Source: Patescibacteria group bacterium
GTDB lineage: Bacteria > Patescibacteriota > Minisyncoccia > Phycocordibacterales > PALSA-1337
Assembly (NCBI GenBank): GCA_040384285.1
Contig: JAZKJN010000003.1
Span: forward strand, 2,919 to 36,727
Direction of reading: 5' to 3'
DNA length: 33,809 nucleotides
Position 1 is the stretch's first letter. The number at the start of each line of letters is the position of its first letter. Of the stretch, positions 1-10,242 are shown in pieces. The notes beneath the pieces were generated by a model that did no database searches, was not told where the DNA came from, and saw only the letters and a program-made list of their open reading frames with translations. Position numbers and translations under genes: made by a program.

Positions 1-47
1 CTCAACCTTTGTATTGGCCTCACCCTTAAACCTCTAAAGAAATAATC

Positions 48-1040
48 ATGAATACTCTTTCTATAAAAAGTAACTCAAAAATATCATTTCATCCCGAACT
101 TTCCATCGTTGTTCCTGTATATAAGGAAGAAAAGAATATTCCCGAATTTCTAAAGCGAGTAGTCCCTATCGTGAAGCCTCTCGTTACAAGTTTTGAAATC
201 ATTTTTGCGATGGACCCATCACCTGACAAGACTGAGGAAGTGGTCCTTGAGGCCCGTAGATCACATCCTTACGTAAAACTCCTCAAATTCTCACGAAGGT
301 TTGGACAACCTATGGCAACACTTGCTGGACTTCAGTACTCAACGGGGGATGCTGTCGTCGTAATGGATGTTGATATGCAGGATCCTCCAGAAGTGGTCAA
401 AGACATGATTCTAAAATGGAGGGAAGGTAATGATGTCGTGCTCGCCCAGAGGCGCACTCGCGATGGGGACACCTGGATCAAGAAGATTATTTCCAACGTC
501 GGATATAAGATTATTAACAAAATTGCTGACCCCAAAATCCCACCAAACACAGGAGACTTCCGCCTCATGTCTCGTCGAGTGGTAAACGAGATTGTTAAAT
601 TGAAAGAAGTTCACGGCTTTTTGCGAGGACTTGTCGCTGTTGTTGGCTTCAAACAAACTACGGTTATTTTTGACCGCCCCCCTCGTTTTGCTGGAGAGAC
701 AAACCACAACCCTTTTTTTGGCACACTTCGCATAGGGTTAAACGGTATAATCTGTTTCTCAAATTATTTTCTAACTCTCAGCACACAAATAGGTTTCGTA
801 ATCGCATCGGGAAGTATTTTCTTCGGTCTTGTATACGCAATTATGAAAATCGCGGGATTCCCATTTCCTATAGGTAATCCAACCATCGTAATACTCGTGC
901 TCTTTATGGGCGGTATACAACTTATTACCATTGGTGTGCTCGGTGAATATATCGGCAGAATCTACGAGGAAGTAAAAGAGAGACCAAAATTCATCGTAGA
1001 TCGAGCAATAGGTTTTTCTTCAGATGATACAACTGCTTAA
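48..1040 (+). CDS. GT2 polyprenyl-phosphate glycosyltransferase, GtrB/YkcC-like
   Basis: SIVVPVYKEE start, MDVDMQDPPE DxD motif, GDFRLMSR motif, and two C-terminal TM segments ending IGVLGEYIGRIYEEVKERP. Confidence 0.92.
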   Translation: MNTLSIKSNSKISFHPELSIVVPVYKEEKNIPEFLKRVVPIVKPLVTSFEIIFAMDPSPDKTEEVVLEARRSHPYVKLLKFSRRFGQPMATLAGLQYSTGDAVVVMDVDMQDPPEVVKDMILKWREGNDVVLAQRRTRDGDTWIKKIISNVGYKIINKIADPKIPPNTGDFRLMSRRVVNEIVKLKEVHGFLRGLVAVVGFKQTTVIFDRPPRFAGETNHNPFFGTLRIGLNGIICFSNYFLTLSTQIGFVIASGSIFFGLVYAIMKIAGFPFPIGNPTIVILVLFMGGIQLITIGVLGEYIGRIYEEVKERPKFIVDRAIGFSSDDTTA

Positions 1041-1467
1041 AAAAATTCATACAGATCTCGATGCTCGCTCACCAAAGCTTGCGCGTATTATTCGCTATTT
1101 AATAGCTGGTGGAACTTCGACCTTCACTGATCTTGCCCTACTCTATATTTTTACTGAATTTTTTCACATCTGGTATTTGACCTCTGCGATCCTCGCCTTC
1201 ATCCTCGCTTTCTTTGTCAGTTTCTTTCTTCAGAAATACTGGACCTTTCAAGATGCCTCAAATGATGGTGTCCACGGACAAATGGCACTTTATCTTTTCA
1301 TTGCACTTTGCAATCTCGGTCTCAATACATTTCTTATGTACCTCCTTGTTCATTTCCTCGGCTTTCATTACATGGTGGCGCAGTTTGTGGTTGCGGGTCT
1401 CATTGCAATCATGAGTTTCTTTATATACAAAAAGTTTGTATTTAAAAACAATGCTCACCTATCTTAG
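1024..1467 (+). CDS. GtrA-family small flippase-like membrane protein
   Basis: 147 aa with 4 hydrophobic segments; RYLIAGG, QKYWTF and KKFVFK motifs are typical of GtrA; overlaps the upstream GT2 gene. Confidence 0.88.
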   Translation: MIQLLKKIHTDLDARSPKLARIIRYLIAGGTSTFTDLALLYIFTEFFHIWYLTSAILAFILAFFVSFFLQKYWTFQDASNDGVHGQMALYLFIALCNLGLNTFLMYLLVHFLGFHYMVAQFVVAGLIAIMSFFIYKKFVFKNNAHLS

Positions 1468-3124
1468 GAATAATAAAAAAGAGATCTACCTCCTCCTTGC
1501 TGTTTTTGTAGTCTTCCTCACCCTTCGGTTGCCGGGTGTTCATCTTCCATATCATCAAGATGAATACAAGTCGGCAATTGCGACCGAACAGGGAAGTGAG
1601 GCTGCAGGTAATTTCTTTGCTCATCCACCTCTCACTCAATTCATATTTCATGCAGCATATGACTTTTTCGGTGGTGAAAATTTACGATTATTTCCAATAG
1701 TTTTTTCGAGTCTTTCATTCTTCCTTCTTTATTATTATCTTAGAAAAAGAGCAGGACAAAAAACAGCGCTTATTGGTGTATCACTCTTCACCCTCTGTAT
1801 TTACAGTGTCTGGGGTTCGCTCCAGCTTGATACCGATGGAGCAGTTATTCCTTTTTTCTTTCTCCTTGCGTTGTGTGTCTATGAGCACGCAAAAGATTGT
1901 TGGTCTACACAGAGACGATATGTTTGGCTCGGAGCTCTCGCTCTCGTCTGTCTCCTCGGTTTTCTTGTGAAGCTCAGTTTCATACTCGTGGTAGGAGCAA
2001 TCATTGCTGATTTTTTACTCGAGCATCGTCATAAGGTTTCTAAAAAACATGTTTTGTATGGTGGGGTGGGAGTTATTGTCTTCCTCCTCATTTCGGTTTT
2101 TTTGATTTTTATTATCAACCATATCTATCCGGCATTTCGTATCGACTCGATGATTAAACACGCGCTCTACTTCGCTCACTTCTCCGGCAGAGATTACGTG
2201 CAGGTCATCATACAGGGAAGCAAGGCTCTCTTCTATCTCTCTCCACTCCTTCTTCTACCACCACTTCTTATCTCTAAAGATATTTTTAAAAAGACTCGAA
2301 TCCAATTCCTCTATATTATTCTTGGGTTAATTTTCTATCTCATCCTCCTCGACTTCTCTCATGGTGCTTTAGATAAATATTTTGGATATCTCATCCTCCC
2401 TCTTTGTAGTATCTCTGCCTCTGTTATTTCTGTATATTCCCAGTCATTTTCATTTAAAAAATATCGAGGACCAGTGATTCTTGCAGGAGTCACTGGTCTT
2501 ATCGTGCTTTTTTTAAATTTCTTTCCTCATGATGTGGTACCCCTCTATCCAAAGACAGACTGGTTCGGAAAAGTTTTTAGCTTGCGTTGGAATTTTCTCA
2601 ATCCTTTCATGGGTGGTTCGGGACCACTTGGATTTTATGTATCGTTTCTTATGATTGCTTTGGCGTTTATCACCAGTGCTGCAGCTGTGATCGCAGGTTT
2701 CATACGAAAGCAATGGAAGGAAGGCATGTTACTCGTACTCATCGCAGTTGGATGTGTCTACAACGTAGTTTTTATAGAAGAATTGCTTTTCGGAAAGATC
2801 AACGGAAGTTCAAAAGAGGTTTTAGAAGAGTCTCTTGGATTCATTTCCTCATCAAGTTCAATCAAGAGCGTTATAACCTACAACGATAGCGGGGCATATG
2901 AACTGCATCACATGGAGAAATATAAGGCACGTTTCTATGCGGTCCCAGCGTTTGGAGATGCACACAAGCCTCTTTTTGAAGAACATAACGGATATTTCCT
3001 TGTTGTCGGTATTCCACTTATCAGCCCACACTTTTTCCATGGACAATTCTTTACTGGATGCGATACTGTATATCAATCAACTTCGGGTAAAATAACTGCA
3101 TACGTCTATGACTGTAAAAAATAA
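1451..3124 (+). CDS. GT-C fold membrane glycosyltransferase (ArnT/PMT_2-like)
   Basis: Multi-TM protein; HQDE acidic motif after TM1 and HPPL motif. ATG 1451 preferred over the track's TTG 1436. Confidence 0.75.
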   Translation: MLTYLRNNKKEIYLLLAVFVVFLTLRLPGVHLPYHQDEYKSAIATEQGSEAAGNFFAHPPLTQFIFHAAYDFFGGENLRLFPIVFSSLSFFLLYYYLRKRAGQKTALIGVSLFTLCIYSVWGSLQLDTDGAVIPFFFLLALCVYEHAKDCWSTQRRYVWLGALALVCLLGFLVKLSFILVVGAIIADFLLEHRHKVSKKHVLYGGVGVIVFLLISVFLIFIINHIYPAFRIDSMIKHALYFAHFSGRDYVQVIIQGSKALFYLSPLLLLPPLLISKDIFKKTRIQFLYIILGLIFYLILLDFSHGALDKYFGYLILPLCSISASVISVYSQSFSFKKYRGPVILAGVTGLIVLFLNFFPHDVVPLYPKTDWFGKVFSLRWNFLNPFMGGSGPLGFYVSFLMIALAFITSAAAVIAGFIRKQWKEGMLLVLIAVGCVYNVVFIEELLFGKINGSSKEVLEESLGFISSSSSIKSVITYNDSGAYELHHMEKYKARFYAVPAFGDAHKPLFEEHNGYFLVVGIPLISPHFFHGQFFTGCDTVYQSTSGKITAYVYDCKK

Positions 3125-4364
3125 CATACATCCAAAAAATTCATATTACTCACGTTACCTCCATGGTTTTTTAAATTTCCTTGTGCCGCTTGGTAAAAAA
3201 ACTGCCTATATTTCTGTAACTCCTCATGTCGAGAAGCTCTCCGGAATGTATGACTACGCAGTGATTTCAGATGCGCTTGGTTATGAAAACGACGTAGAGG
3301 TTTTTCTAAAAGACATAAGGACTCACATCGAACCTGATGGTCGCATCATCATCACTCAATATAACGCTCTCTGGGAGCCTGTGGCACGTCTTGCTTCACT
3401 TCTTGGGCTCAAATCAATGAAGCCACAGAATTGGCTTTCTATGATTGATCTCAAAAACTTCGCACACCTCGCGGGTTTTGAGGTTTTAAAGTCTGGGTCA
3501 AAAATGTTGATGCCGGTATACATTCCTCTGGTATCGTGGTTCTGCAATATTATTATTGTTAATATTTTCCCATTTTCAAAACTTGGGGCTTTCCACTATA
3601 TTGTTGCTCGTCCGATTGTTTCCTCTGCAAAGTCTCTTTCAAATCCTTCCGTTTCGATCATTGTTCCTGCACGTAATGAATCTGGTACTGTAGAAAAAAT
3701 CATTGCGGAGCTTCCAGAGCTCGGATCTTTTACCGAAATTATCTTTATCGAAGGTCACTCAAAAGACGATACGCTCCAAGCGATACAAAAAGGCGTGGGT
3801 GCATACAAGGGAACAAAGAGACTTTCATATGCGGTTCAAGACGGAAAAGGTAAGGGAGATGCCGTGCGAAAGGGCTTCGCTATGGCCACAGGTGACATTC
3901 TTATGATTTACGATGCTGATATGACAGTTCCTGCAAGCGAAGTGCATAAGTTTTATGATGCCATCGCGCACAATCGTGGAGATTTTATAAATGGTTCACG
4001 ACTTGTCTATCCACTCGAAAAGGAATCGATGCGCACGCTCAACTTCTTTGGTAATAAATTCTTTAGTTTTGCCTTTAGTACCATCCTCGGACAAACACTC
4101 AAGGACACCCTTTGTGGAACAAAAGTTTTATGGAAAGAGGACTATGAGTTTATACAATCGAATCGAGCCTTCTTCGGAGACTTCGATCCGTTCGGAGACT
4201 TCGATCTTCTCTTTGGTGCAGCAAAATTGAACCTGAAGATTATCGATATGCCCATCCACTATCGTGAGCGTATCTACGGAGATACGAATATAAAGCGATG
4301 GAGTCACGGATGGCTTCTTCTCAAGATGACTGTCTTTGCAACACGCAAGATAAAGTTCATATGA
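3108..4364 (+). CDS. GT2 glycosyltransferase with an N-terminal degenerate methyltransferase-like domain
   Basis: C-terminal half has SIIVPARNE, GKGDAVRKGF, YDADMTV and DTLCGTK. N-terminal half has YDYAVISDALGY and EPDGRIII, resembling the second half of a class I methyltransferase. Confidence 0.82.
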   Translation: MTVKNNIHPKNSYYSRYLHGFLNFLVPLGKKTAYISVTPHVEKLSGMYDYAVISDALGYENDVEVFLKDIRTHIEPDGRIIITQYNALWEPVARLASLLGLKSMKPQNWLSMIDLKNFAHLAGFEVLKSGSKMLMPVYIPLVSWFCNIIIVNIFPFSKLGAFHYIVARPIVSSAKSLSNPSVSIIVPARNESGTVEKIIAELPELGSFTEIIFIEGHSKDDTLQAIQKGVGAYKGTKRLSYAVQDGKGKGDAVRKGFAMATGDILMIYDADMTVPASEVHKFYDAIAHNRGDFINGSRLVYPLEKESMRTLNFFGNKFFSFAFSTILGQTLKDTLCGTKVLWKEDYEFIQSNRAFFGDFDPFGDFDLLFGAAKLNLKIIDMPIHYRERIYGDTNIKRWSHGWLLLKMTVFATRKIKFI

Positions 4365-5455
4365 CACAAGGGGAAACCACAATTCTTTATTGGGGTATTT
4401 TTGATCCTGAATTCTCTCGCAATGCAGTCTATGTCAAAGGCCTCAAGAGCAATGGGGTAGAGGTGATTGTTTGCACTGACAGATCTCCTGGCTTAAAAAA
4501 ATATCTCCGCATCATTGCAGGATTTTGGAAGCACAGAAAAGATTTCGATATGGTTTTTGTTGGATATTCTGGGCATCCCATCGTTCCTTTGGCAAAACTT
4601 CTCTCTCTCATTCTTTCTCGCAAGCCAGTAGTTTTCGATGCCCTCTGTTCTTTCTATGAGAGCAACATTCTTTCTCGAGATGCTTTCAAAAGTATTCCTT
4701 TTAGAAAAAATATCTGCAGATTTGTCGATTTCGTCGCAAATGCAAGCGCAGATTATATTTTAGTTGAGACAGAAGCTCAGCGAGACTACTACGTACATAC
4801 CCTCGGAGTAACCTCAAGAAAATGTATCGTCGCTCTGACGGGTGTAGATGATACTCATTTTTATTACGATCCAGCCATCGCTAAATCTTCCAAATTCACC
4901 GTACTTTTTCGAGGTAAATTTACCCCTGAAGCTGGCATACCCCATATTTTGGAGGCAGCTCAACTTCTTCAAAATGAGGATGTGGCGTTTAAAATTATTG
5001 GTTTCGGATGGGGGACTGTTGCTCGAAATATTGAAGAACAGGTCAAGACTTTAAACCTCAAGAATCTTGAATTTATAAATACTTTTTTATCAATGGAGGA
5101 ATTGCGAGGTGAAATATTAAAATCCCACATAAGTTTGGGTCAATTCGAAAATCATGATAGATTAAATCGTACAATTCCTCATAAAGCTTTTGAGGCTATG
5201 GCAATGAAGGTTCCCTACATTACAGCTCGAGCCAAGGGGATAGGGGAGGTGCTTACTGACAATGTTACTTGTATTTTTGTACATAAGGCAAACCCACAAG
5301 ATTTGGCGGAGAAAATATTGTCTCTTAAAAATGATACTGAAAAGCAGAAATTACTTTCAGATAATGCCTATGCTATCTACATTAAAAAATATACCCCAGA
5401 GATTCTAGCCCGGAAACTCCTTGGGCAGATGAGGGAAAATTCTTTGAACACATGA
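4361..5455 (+). CDS. GT4 (group 1) glycosyltransferase
   Basis: TVLFRGKFTPEAGI and IPHKAFEAMAMKVPYIT motifs. ATG 4361 overlaps the upstream stop (ATGA) and is preferred over 4298. Confidence 0.88.
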   Translation: MTQGETTILYWGIFDPEFSRNAVYVKGLKSNGVEVIVCTDRSPGLKKYLRIIAGFWKHRKDFDMVFVGYSGHPIVPLAKLLSLILSRKPVVFDALCSFYESNILSRDAFKSIPFRKNICRFVDFVANASADYILVETEAQRDYYVHTLGVTSRKCIVALTGVDDTHFYYDPAIAKSSKFTVLFRGKFTPEAGIPHILEAAQLLQNEDVAFKIIGFGWGTVARNIEEQVKTLNLKNLEFINTFLSMEELRGEILKSHISLGQFENHDRLNRTIPHKAFEAMAMKVPYITARAKGIGEVLTDNVTCIFVHKANPQDLAEKILSLKNDTEKQKLLSDNAYAIYIKKYTPEILARKLLGQMRENSLNT

Positions 5456-6921
5456 ATTATATAAAAGGTACAAAGACACAGACTTTTTTTCTAACAATCA
5501 TTATTCTCTGTGCCCTGTTTTTCTCAACATATAAACTTTCAGAAAGTCCATCCGTTTGGTATGACGAAGGGGGATATTTTCAGATTTCCAGAAATATATC
5601 AGAAGGGTATGGTAATGGTTTGCGTACATCTCCTGAAAACGTAGAACAAGTTTCAAAAGTTATAACCGTGGGGTATCCGATGTTGTATCCCCTCGCTTTC
5701 TTTCTAGATGTCTTCGGACCGACCATACTCGCCGCAAGAATCTTTATGGTTATTTTTCTGTTAATTTTGTTACTACTCTCATTTGTCATTATTCGGAGAG
5801 TTTTTTCATACAATCAGGCACTCATGGCTCTTGCTTTGATTGCTACGTTTCCACCCCTCTATGGGAATGGTAAAACTGTAATAGGAGAGGTCCCCGGTAT
5901 CGTATTTCTCATGGCTTCTCTGTGTTTTTTGACATACTTCATAACCAGTTCTAAGTATAGGGGCTTATTGATATTTCTATCGGGAATCACTGCCGGACTC
6001 TGTATATCCACAAAACCAACTTTCTTAGTTTTGATTCCCGCGCTGGTATGCGCAGCAGGTTATCTCTATTTCAAGAAACAAATATCTAAAAAATATACTT
6101 CCGTATTCTTCCTCTCAACCGTTATACCGATTGGTCTCTGGCTCCTCATGCAGTTTAGGGGAGATTCCTTTTCTGATATTTTGAATTTTTATCTCAATCC
6201 GCAACACGTAGCTAGTCTATCTACTACGGTAATAAATAATCTTAAGACAATGTTTCTCGATAGTGGACTTCTGTATTTTTCTGGTTCCTTTATACTCTGG
6301 TGTTTCGCCATATTTTATCGTGTGTACAAAAAGAAAGACATACATGTAGTTGAAATTATGAGCTTTATTTTCTCTGCACTTATAATCATGGCTTTCCTCA
6401 GAACAGCGGGGTATTACAGGTATCTATTCCAAGCACAGATTGTCTCGCTCATGTTCCTCCCAAATTCATTGATGATCTTCCTGAGGCTCTTTTTTGATAA
6501 AATCAAACTCCTCAATCCTAAAAAAGAATTTGTTGTGCCGGGGATGATCATAGCCCTCTCTTTAGTTGGTATATTCCAACTATCATTCCATTCTTGGGTT
6601 GCAATATTCTATACAAGCCACAAGACGGAATTCTGGATTAACTATTTTAATGATCATGATATAAGAAATACTTTATTCTATGATGTTCCAGAAGTTGCTC
6701 TTTTCGCTCACGGTACAGACTATTACCAGTATCTCAATCTAAGTCCTGGAGCCGGTATTACTGTAGGTAAAGAAAACCTCGCACTTCTCCAGAATGGAGT
6801 TTTTGATCAGGTGTTCATGAAGAGCTCAATCCTCGATTCTGCAGAAGGATTTCCGGCTCAAAAATATCATGTAGTTGCGACACACTACAAGTACAGTATT
6901 CTAGAGAAAAATAAAAAATGA
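5452..6921 (+). CDS. GT-C fold membrane glycosyltransferase (ArnT/PMT_2-like)
   Basis: WYDEG motif after TM1, about 11-12 hydrophobic segments, STKP motif; ATGA coupling on both sides. Confidence 0.78.
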   Translation: MNYIKGTKTQTFFLTIIILCALFFSTYKLSESPSVWYDEGGYFQISRNISEGYGNGLRTSPENVEQVSKVITVGYPMLYPLAFFLDVFGPTILAARIFMVIFLLILLLLSFVIIRRVFSYNQALMALALIATFPPLYGNGKTVIGEVPGIVFLMASLCFLTYFITSSKYRGLLIFLSGITAGLCISTKPTFLVLIPALVCAAGYLYFKKQISKKYTSVFFLSTVIPIGLWLLMQFRGDSFSDILNFYLNPQHVASLSTTVINNLKTMFLDSGLLYFSGSFILWCFAIFYRVYKKKDIHVVEIMSFIFSALIIMAFLRTAGYYRYLFQAQIVSLMFLPNSLMIFLRLFFDKIKLLNPKKEFVVPGMIIALSLVGIFQLSFHSWVAIFYTSHKTEFWINYFNDHDIRNTLFYDVPEVALFAHGTDYYQYLNLSPGAGITVGKENLALLQNGVFDQVFMKSSILDSAEGFPAQKYHVVATHYKYSILEKNKK

Positions 6922-8765
6922 TGAAACTTTCTTCCTTGTTTACACCAAAGACCACCCCTTATTATATTCTCGCTGTGATGATGTTTGTTTCGGGGGTACT
7001 GATGTTCTCAGTCTCGCATCAAGAGTCCGCTGTTGTGGACGAGATACCTTACATTTCCTCAGGCTTCAGTTATTTAAATGCTGGTGACTACAGACTCGAC
7101 CCAGAACACCCACCCCTCCTAAAGATGCTCGGTGGCATACCCCTACTTTTTCTTGATCTCAATTTCCCTTACGACTCTGTGGCCTGGAAGGATAACGTGA
7201 ATGATCAGTGGACCGTGGGGAGGCAATTTCTCTACGAGCTAGGAAATGATCCAAATCAAATCATATCATTCGCTCGAATTGGTCCAATTTTTCTCACCCT
7301 ACTCTTTATTTTTTGCATGTACGTATGGAGTGTCCCAATTTTAGGTAGACGATGGGCTCTTCTTCCGGCATTTCTTCTTGCAGTGTCACCTACTATTTTG
7401 GCTCATGGGCATTATGTAACCACAGACGTGGGGACTGCCTTCGCTACCGTGCTAGCCATCTATTGTTTTTTCAAAGCAAGCAAGGAGCCATCATTTAGAA
7501 ATATTATTTTTGCCGGTCTGGCACTTGGTGTTGCTGTATTAACTAAATTTTCCTCACTTATTTTAATTCCATATTTTATATGGATCGAATGTGTATTTCT
7601 TTTAAATAGCATTGTGATAAGTCGGAAAAGTTCACATCGATTTGTATTCACTGAAATTCACAATCATTTTTTGGAAAGTATAAAAAAAATCCTTAAGATC
7701 TTTTTTATTGCGTTCATACTTATCTATATCCTTTACTCACTTGTGATTATAAATTACAGTCCTGAACGACAAAAAAGTGACACTACTTCACTTTTGTCTA
7801 TTCCTGCCAAGTGTGTCGAATCTGCTTCGAAATCGTGTATTCTGGCGAAAAAAGTTATAGGAGTTAATATCTGGGCTTCCGACAAAGTACTCTTGCGACC
7901 TATGGCGGAATATAGTATGGGAGTTATCATGACCGGGAGAAGGGCGGTTGGTGGCGGTCCAAGTTATTTGTTCGGAGACGTTTCCTTGAATGGTTGGTGG
8001 TACTATTTCCCAGTCGTATACGCAATGAAAGAACCTTTGCCTGTATTAATTCTCGTAGTAGCTGCTTTCTTACTTGGTTTGATAAAATTAGTTGGAGTAT
8101 GTCGAAAAAAAGAAATACCAAATTTCATCAAACATCATCAGTTTGAATTGGGACTGGTCGCATTCGCTGTCGTCTTTATGGTTGCAAGTATGAGAAGTCC
8201 TTTAAATATTGGAATTCGATATATTCTCCCAGTCATTCCTTGTATATATATTTTGACTGCGTATTGTTTAAAAAATTGGAAAACTACCTCTCTCTTATCG
8301 AGAAAAATTAAGATTACTTTTATTGTGATTATTCTCCTATGGTCGGCGGTCGATACTGCTCGGGCATATCCTTACTACCTCTCATATTTCAATGAATTTA
8401 TTCAAACAAAAAATGGTTGGTTATATGCAATTGACTCAAATTATGATTGGGGACAAGACGTAAAGAGATTAGCAACTTTCGTAGAGGAAAATGATATAAG
8501 TAAAATTGCTGTTGATTGTTTCCCGTGCGGTAGCCCGAAGGCCTATTTAGGTGAGAGATCAGTGGAATGGTCTTCGAGGATGGGAAATCCAAAAGAAAAA
8601 GGAATTCAATGGTTAGCTGTATCTATACATACAATTCAACAAGCTAGAGGTAACCTTACTGGTGGTGCAAGTAGAGAACCTGAAGAAGAATATCGTTGGC
8701 TCGAAAACATATACGAGCCACATTCTCGTGCAGGTACTTCGTTTTTTGTATATAAATTATTTTAA
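6918..8765 (+). CDS. GT-C fold membrane glycosyltransferase (PMT_2/GT39-like)
   Basis: VVDEIPY, EHPPLLK, HGHYVTTD, LTKFS, GIRYILP and DSNYDWGQD motifs; multi-TM. Confidence 0.85.
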   Translation: MMKLSSLFTPKTTPYYILAVMMFVSGVLMFSVSHQESAVVDEIPYISSGFSYLNAGDYRLDPEHPPLLKMLGGIPLLFLDLNFPYDSVAWKDNVNDQWTVGRQFLYELGNDPNQIISFARIGPIFLTLLFIFCMYVWSVPILGRRWALLPAFLLAVSPTILAHGHYVTTDVGTAFATVLAIYCFFKASKEPSFRNIIFAGLALGVAVLTKFSSLILIPYFIWIECVFLLNSIVISRKSSHRFVFTEIHNHFLESIKKILKIFFIAFILIYILYSLVIINYSPERQKSDTTSLLSIPAKCVESASKSCILAKKVIGVNIWASDKVLLRPMAEYSMGVIMTGRRAVGGGPSYLFGDVSLNGWWYYFPVVYAMKEPLPVLILVVAAFLLGLIKLVGVCRKKEIPNFIKHHQFELGLVAFAVVFMVASMRSPLNIGIRYILPVIPCIYILTAYCLKNWKTTSLLSRKIKITFIVIILLWSAVDTARAYPYYLSYFNEFIQTKNGWLYAIDSNYDWGQDVKRLATFVEENDISKIAVDCFPCGSPKAYLGERSVEWSSRMGNPKEKGIQWLAVSIHTIQQARGNLTGGASREPEEEYRWLENIYEPHSRAGTSFFVYKLF

Positions 8766-8788
8766 AAACCGTGGTATCATCCTCTTCA

Positions 8789-9529
8789 ATGAATACTTCA
8801 AAACCACTCATTAACCTGTCTGTCGTGCTACCTGCATATAAGGAAAAAGGAAATCTAGAGATTTTAATACCAGAGATAGAAACAGAGTTTTCAGACATCC
8901 CTCATGAAGTAATCGTTGTTGACGATCATTCCGAAGATGGTACACGGGAGATGATCAAAGGACTTCAGACGAGATACAAAAACATTGTTCTCATAGAGCG
9001 TCCAGGACTTCTTGGTATCGGTTCAGCTTTACGTGACGGGTACAATATGTCGAAGGGGACATATATTCTTTCCTCGGATGCAGATCTCTCTTTTACGATA
9101 GAGAGTATGAGAGAACTTTATGGTAAGATCACCGAAAATGCGACACCTCTGTATGACGTTGTCTTGGGGTATAAGGTTCCTAAACCTGACCCTTCCAGAG
9201 AAACAAAAATCATTACTCAACACATGAAACTTCCTATAGGAACTCTCTGCAATATTATTGTTCGAATGATGAGTGGTATTAAGGGTGTCAAAGAATACAA
9301 TACAAATTTTCGCATCATGCGAAGATCTCTGTGGCAAAAATTACATACTAAGGAAAATAGAAATTTTTTCCTCTTTGAGACAATACTTCAGGCCTCGAAA
9401 GAGGGCGCAGTAATAACTGGGATTCCCGTCACTTTTTTACCTCGGAAATATGGCTTTTCAAAGTTAAATTTTATCAGTCAGGCCCCAGGATATTTTCTGA
9501 CTCTACTGAGAGTCGTATGGTTTGGATAA
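8789..9529 (+). CDS. GT2 DPM1-like polyprenol-phosphate sugar synthase
   Basis: SVVLPAYKE, VVDDHSEDGT, SDADLS and final RKYGFSKL motifs. ATG 8789 preferred because the track's GTG 8771 lies in an extended -10 box. Confidence 0.85.
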   Translation: MNTSKPLINLSVVLPAYKEKGNLEILIPEIETEFSDIPHEVIVVDDHSEDGTREMIKGLQTRYKNIVLIERPGLLGIGSALRDGYNMSKGTYILSSDADLSFTIESMRELYGKITENATPLYDVVLGYKVPKPDPSRETKIITQHMKLPIGTLCNIIVRMMSGIKGVKEYNTNFRIMRRSLWQKLHTKENRNFFLFETILQASKEGAVITGIPVTFLPRKYGFSKLNFISQAPGYFLTLLRVVWFG

Positions 9530-9586
9530 AGACTTGCATTGCAGGACTCACTATTAATATAGTAGAATCAATCACAAGATCAATGT

Positions 9587-10234
9587 ATGGAATATATTAA
9601 GAAACTACGTAGGGCAGTAATAAAAGTTAAAAACTCCCTCGTTTCAGGGTTCGGATTTTTTTTAAGAAAAATACACGCCCCTAAAATTCCAGTAAATTCA
9701 GAAGGGAAAGTGTATGTTAATTTGGGTTGCGGAAAAAATACATCAAAAGAATTCATAAATATAGATACTCGGACAATGCCAAATGTTCACTATATTGCTG
9801 AGGTTCAAAAACTTCCCATGTTAAAAAACAACAGTGTCGATCTTTTGTATGCAAGTCATCTCCTCGAGCATATTCCAAGAAATGAGGTTCCAATGACGCT
9901 TGGAGAGTGGTATAGGGTCTTAAAACCTGGAGGAGTTTTGAGATTCGGTGTTCCTGATTTTGACGCGCTGATTAAGGTGTATGGACTTTCTCAAAATGAC
10001 GTTACTTCCATAGAAAATCAATTACTCGGACAAACTGCACCTTACGACGATCATCACACCATTTGGAATTTTAATTACGCAGAAAAACTACTAAAAGAAG
10101 CAAATTTTAGAACGATTAGAACATGGGATTACAAAACGGCTACACACCATGACTTCATTGATAAATCTATGCGCGAAGTTCAGGTGGCTGGAGAAAGTAT
10201 TTTAATCAGTCTCAATATAGAAGCGGTCAAATAA
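9587..10234 (+). CDS. Class I SAM-dependent methyltransferase (Methyltransf_11-like)
   Basis: VNLGCG motif I, YASHLLEH and WYRVLKPGGVLRFGVPD. Confidence 0.88.
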   Translation: MEYIKKLRRAVIKVKNSLVSGFGFFLRKIHAPKIPVNSEGKVYVNLGCGKNTSKEFINIDTRTMPNVHYIAEVQKLPMLKNNSVDLLYASHLLEHIPRNEVPMTLGEWYRVLKPGGVLRFGVPDFDALIKVYGLSQNDVTSIENQLLGQTAPYDDHHTIWNFNYAEKLLKEANFRTIRTWDYKTATHHDFIDKSMREVQVAGESILISLNIEAVK

Positions 10235-10242
10235 AAATATAG

